A stretch of DNA of 64,000 bases, the filler included, from Asterionella formosa (Eukaryota), in NCBI GenBank assembly GCA_002256025.1. It is 8 parts of 8 records of this genome, joined end to end, with 100 filler letters (N's around TTAATTAATTAA, not from the genome) between each part and the next. Parts side by side here need not be neighbours in the genome. Positions count along the whole stretch, not along the records: positions 56,378 to 64,000 come from NKIB01012418.1; 7 more parts are not named here. One strand, written 5' to 3'. Of this stretch, positions 62,796-64,000 are shown piece after piece; position 1 is the stretch's first letter, and each line of letters opens with the position of its first letter. A model generated the notes under the pieces. That model did not search any database. It was not told where the DNA came from and saw only the letters and a program-made list of their open reading frames with translations. The position numbers and the translations under genes are program-made.

Positions 62796-63504
62796 TGACC
62801 ACTTTTCCAATTCCAAACGGCACAAGTAAGAGGAAGAACGAAATGGAGGTAAAGGAACTACAACAGCAATCAAACATAGTTCCGAACACGAGACGAAGAA
62901 AACGAGCGACAGTGCAGAGCAACAACAAAAAGAACAACAGCAATGTGACAAAAGACCTGTTTCCATTTCCCAAAATAGTAGGTGCTTACCATTATTTCTC
63001 GAACTTTCAGATGCATCCTTTCTGTGATGACAAGCAAGGAGAAACAAAAAATGCCTGCCTGTTTCTTCCAGAGGAACCAGCCCACAACAGAGTCCTTCTT
63101 GTTATCTGGAAGCGAAGAACAAAATTCACAGAGTCAGATGATGGCTGGTTTTTAACAAACAAGACCTTTTTACATTCCATATCAAACAATGCATGTTCAA
63201 GTTCAAACGCAGGGCGAGGAACACCAAGAAAGAGAAGGGTATACAGCCACAGTAACCACAACGAAAGAACAATAGAATAAGAACAAGAAAAATGACAGCA
63301 GAAAAGACGACAAAAACGACAACAATAACAATAACAATAATTTCATTTTACCATGAATGTGATATTTTGTTCCTTTCATTCCAGCAGCTGCTTTTCGTTA
63401 AGAAAACTGGCGCGGACGGTCCTCCTCGCCAACATTCATTTTGTACTAAATTTTTGTACATTGTACTTCAGAAAAAGCTGGCGCAGTCTATGCTTAGTCA
63501 GTAT

Positions 63505-64000
63505 TGATCAAATTCGTCATCAGGATGCGTAAAATTTTCGGTGCTTGCTGTGGACTGATGACCAGTGCTGTAGCAACCTAAATTCCAATTCATTTCTTTC
63601 TCAACCAATTTGATGCCGATTTCTATCTAATATATTATTTGATGTACCCGAAATCAAAGGCTTCTTGTCGAATGTCGATATGCTCAGAACGAATGTATAT
63701 TGTCCAAAGGAGGCATCAGGACGTGTAAATTTTAGGACCACTGCTTTAACAACCAAACTTCCAATTCATCTTTCTCTACCAATTCATTGTCAATTTCTAT
63801 CTAGCATAGTATTCGATTTATACGAGATATCAATGCCGATATTTCGAATGTCGATATGCTCGCTCAGAACGAACATACATTGATCAAATTGCTCATCAGG
63901 ATGGTGTGTAAATTTTCGGTACTTGTGGCTTGATCATTAGTGCAGTAGCAACAAAAATTCCAAACAACCCTTCTCAACCAATTTAAGGCAGATTTCTATC
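63505..64000. repeat. Degenerate ~190/375-bp tandem repeat
   Basis: TGATCAAATT...CATCAGGATG...AAATTTTCGGT at 63506 and 63882. CGAATGTCGATATGCTC at 63669 and 63845. Confidence 0.65.

Overview
Eukaryotic nuclear DNA, most likely from a diatom. The basis is short GT-AG introns, a RecA with an ASAF-type bipartite plastid presequence, and diatom-type Ty1/copia and CryptonS-like elements. The window is not one locus. It consists of eight contigs (seven of ~7.95 kb plus a cut last one) joined by artificial 100-bp N44-TTAATTAATTAA-N44 spacers. Host genes recognised: SmD3, mitochondrial HSP60, an AAA ATPase, TRAPPC2L, plastid RecA, an NCS2 purine permease (interrupted), a RING/Myb-like protein (truncated), a Nudix hydrolase, a catalytically degenerate PGI-like protein, 3-ketoacyl-CoA reductase, an ABM-domain protein, cytochrome b5 reductase and a COG4337/iota-type carbonic anhydrase fragment. 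The rest is mostly decayed mobile DNA: pogo-like DDE_1, Kolobok with KolX, Plavaka-like, Crypton, mariner, copia and a LINE fragment. Four observations stand out. (1) A tRNA-derived SINE family has five copies, target-site duplications and an internal hairpin. (2) Two divergent Kolobok families share a 3' module made of an unidentified coding stretch and a 35-bp stem whose position, but not sequence, is conserved. (3) A Plavaka-like family has termini that can be reconstructed across contigs. (4) A full-length PGI-like protein looks like a pseudoenzyme. All assignments come from manual motif reading; no searches were run.
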